A stretch of 64,000 bases of DNA, taken from positions 368,094,001-368,158,000 of the forward strand of contig OZ024741.1 of the NCBI GenBank assembly GCA_964016885.1. The letters run 5' to 3'. The translations under genes were made by a program, and so were the position numbers. A model generated the notes under the pieces. The model did no database searches, was not told where the DNA came from, and saw only the letters and a program-made list of their open reading frames with translations. Shown here piece after piece: positions 62,161 to 64,000 of the stretch; within the stretch, counting starts at the first letter, position 1, and every line of letters starts with the position of its first letter. The DNA is from Eledone cirrhosa. Its lineage: Eukaryota.

Positions 62161-64000
62161 TATTCTAAATTATGTGATTATCTCTAGTTCAGAGGAGTAA
62201 TTACAATTATAAAGATATATCTGCAAATGACTGATATTAACCTAGGTACAGCAATGTACTTTAGGAATTCTGTTTATTCTCATGTAATGTTCTAATAGCT
62301 GCTAGTAGAAATATGTACTGACATTGTATTCCACCCGACTTCATCAACCAATAAATTAAGTAAATGATTAATTAAGTGGACTATCAATCATTTTCAAAGT
62401 ACCACTCAATAATGAATGTGTAAAAGCTTTATTCTTCATATTTGCTGTATTCTTCAAACAATCAACTATAGAGAATATATATTTGAACACTGTAAAATGA
62501 CACTGAAACATATGCTAAAAATCCCATTATTATTAAAAATACATTGAATTAATGTTTGAAGACACTCTAAAAGACAAAGTGAAACCAAGTAAAATTAGCT
62601 ATTTACTTATTTGTGTTGGTGGAAATGTAAACTTAAGGAAAAGGACAGTGTTCTATAGTGCAGTTTGATAACAAAACTGACTTTGGTAAATAAAATTTAA
62701 AATGCCAGTTTATGACAAAACTAACTTTGGTTAACCCTTCTGTTATTATATTTCTAATGAAAGATACTGCCTATAATTTTCAAATAATTTTGAAGGAATT
62801 TAATAATTTTCTAACGTAAGATGGAATTTTTTTAAAAATAGCTTAGTATCATAGAACCAGGACTTGTTTCAGGAGGTTTAAAGACTGTCAGTATGATGAC
62901 CAGCTAAAATATTCTGGCACAATTGTTTTTGTGCATTTACTGACATAAACAAGAAAATTAATAAATGAAAATGATCAACTTCCAATAGGGTTTTATTTGG
63001 GTATTGCTCATATAGGTCTGAAGGTCTGGTGTAGTGTAAAACTGTTTCTTTGATATATGCAGTGATTGTGTGTGTAATGTCATTGGGAGACATTTTTAAT
63101 GTTTCTGTCCATAGAAGCATAGGATGCCTGACATGAAGTTAAGTTCATATAGAGATGAGATACCCAGATCTGTATGCAGAGGACACAAGGTATCCAAGTT
63201 ACACGTGGAAGACGCCTATGTGGAGAAAGTTAAGGATAAATGCTATCATTTGCATAGAAAGATATGTGGTTAGAAGTGATGGTAAATACATTTATACATA
63301 CAAGAATGTAGGATCGAATTTTGGAAGACAGAAGAGTTGATGGAATGAGAGTCAAAAAGGACATTATCAGTACAAGGTGCAAAGAATCAGTCTGGCAGGA
63401 AACTTCCAATTGAAAAGCCCCTAGCCAGGTAATTTAACTAAGAGATTCTTATGGTAGACATAGTTAAGAGTAACAACATCATTTTCACAGAAATTATTGG
63501 TTAGGAATAACTGTTGTTTGACATAATAGGGTTTTGGAGGTCTAATTATGGAATCTGTACTAAGGTTTACTGAGAATGGAGAACAATTCAAATTGTTGGA
63601 GGTAGGTGTTCACAAATGTTTCTTTCATCTTTAAGATCTTAATTATTGTTTAGATTCACAAACAAGCAGAAAAATACCCAATACCAAAGTAGAATATAAT
63701 TATTATAGTGCTAAGAAATATAATTAAATAATATACTACAGTTTTGTGCCCACCTGACTCTTTCCTCTTCATTTAACGTCTATTTTTTCCACACTTGCAT
63801 GGATTAGACAGGTTGTCATGTTATGAGACAAGTCAAGTCTAGTAAACCATGTCTTGCTCATATTTTGGCTTGTTTTCTATGGCTAGATGCCCTTCTTAAT
63901 GTCAATCATGTGGTATTTTTTATCATGGCACCAACATGACCATCTAACAGGGAGAACTGGATGCTTTTTGTCATGTCACCAGCACGACCACCTTACAGGG

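Noticed and set aside
62878-63120. ORF MLLWTETLK... as a possible ATP6AP1 first exon
   Set aside because: No signal peptide, and no suitable phase-2 donor identified after the LLW motif; exon 1 probably lies beyond the window.

Overview
AT-rich, microsatellite- and retrotransposon-dense animal genomic DNA. The SINE/RTE repertoire resembles octopus/cephalopod DNA, but that assignment is an inference. One host gene is recoverable by hand: V-ATPase accessory subunit Ac45 (ATP6AP1) on the minus strand, with 8 phase-compatible GT-AG coding exons from 57578 down to the stop at 28275; the first (signal-peptide) exon was not found in the window. The main feature is a 17-kb head-to-tail array of three near-identical, full-length Tx1-type non-LTR retrotransposons (ORF1 with zinc knuckle; intact 1145-aa APE-RT-CCHC ORF2). 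Each copy is bounded by (TCTG)n with no poly(A) tail, and the array sits in one ATP6AP1 intron. An older relative nearby is bounded by (TCTA)n/(TC)n, suggesting a microsatellite-specific lineage. The rest is nested transposon debris: RTE LINEs carrying a PHD-type finger inside ORF2, a full-length but defective CR1, CRE-like RT-RLE fragments (one beside degenerate telomere-like repeats), mariner remnants, MITEs, tRNA-derived SINEs and a minimal hammerhead ribozyme motif.
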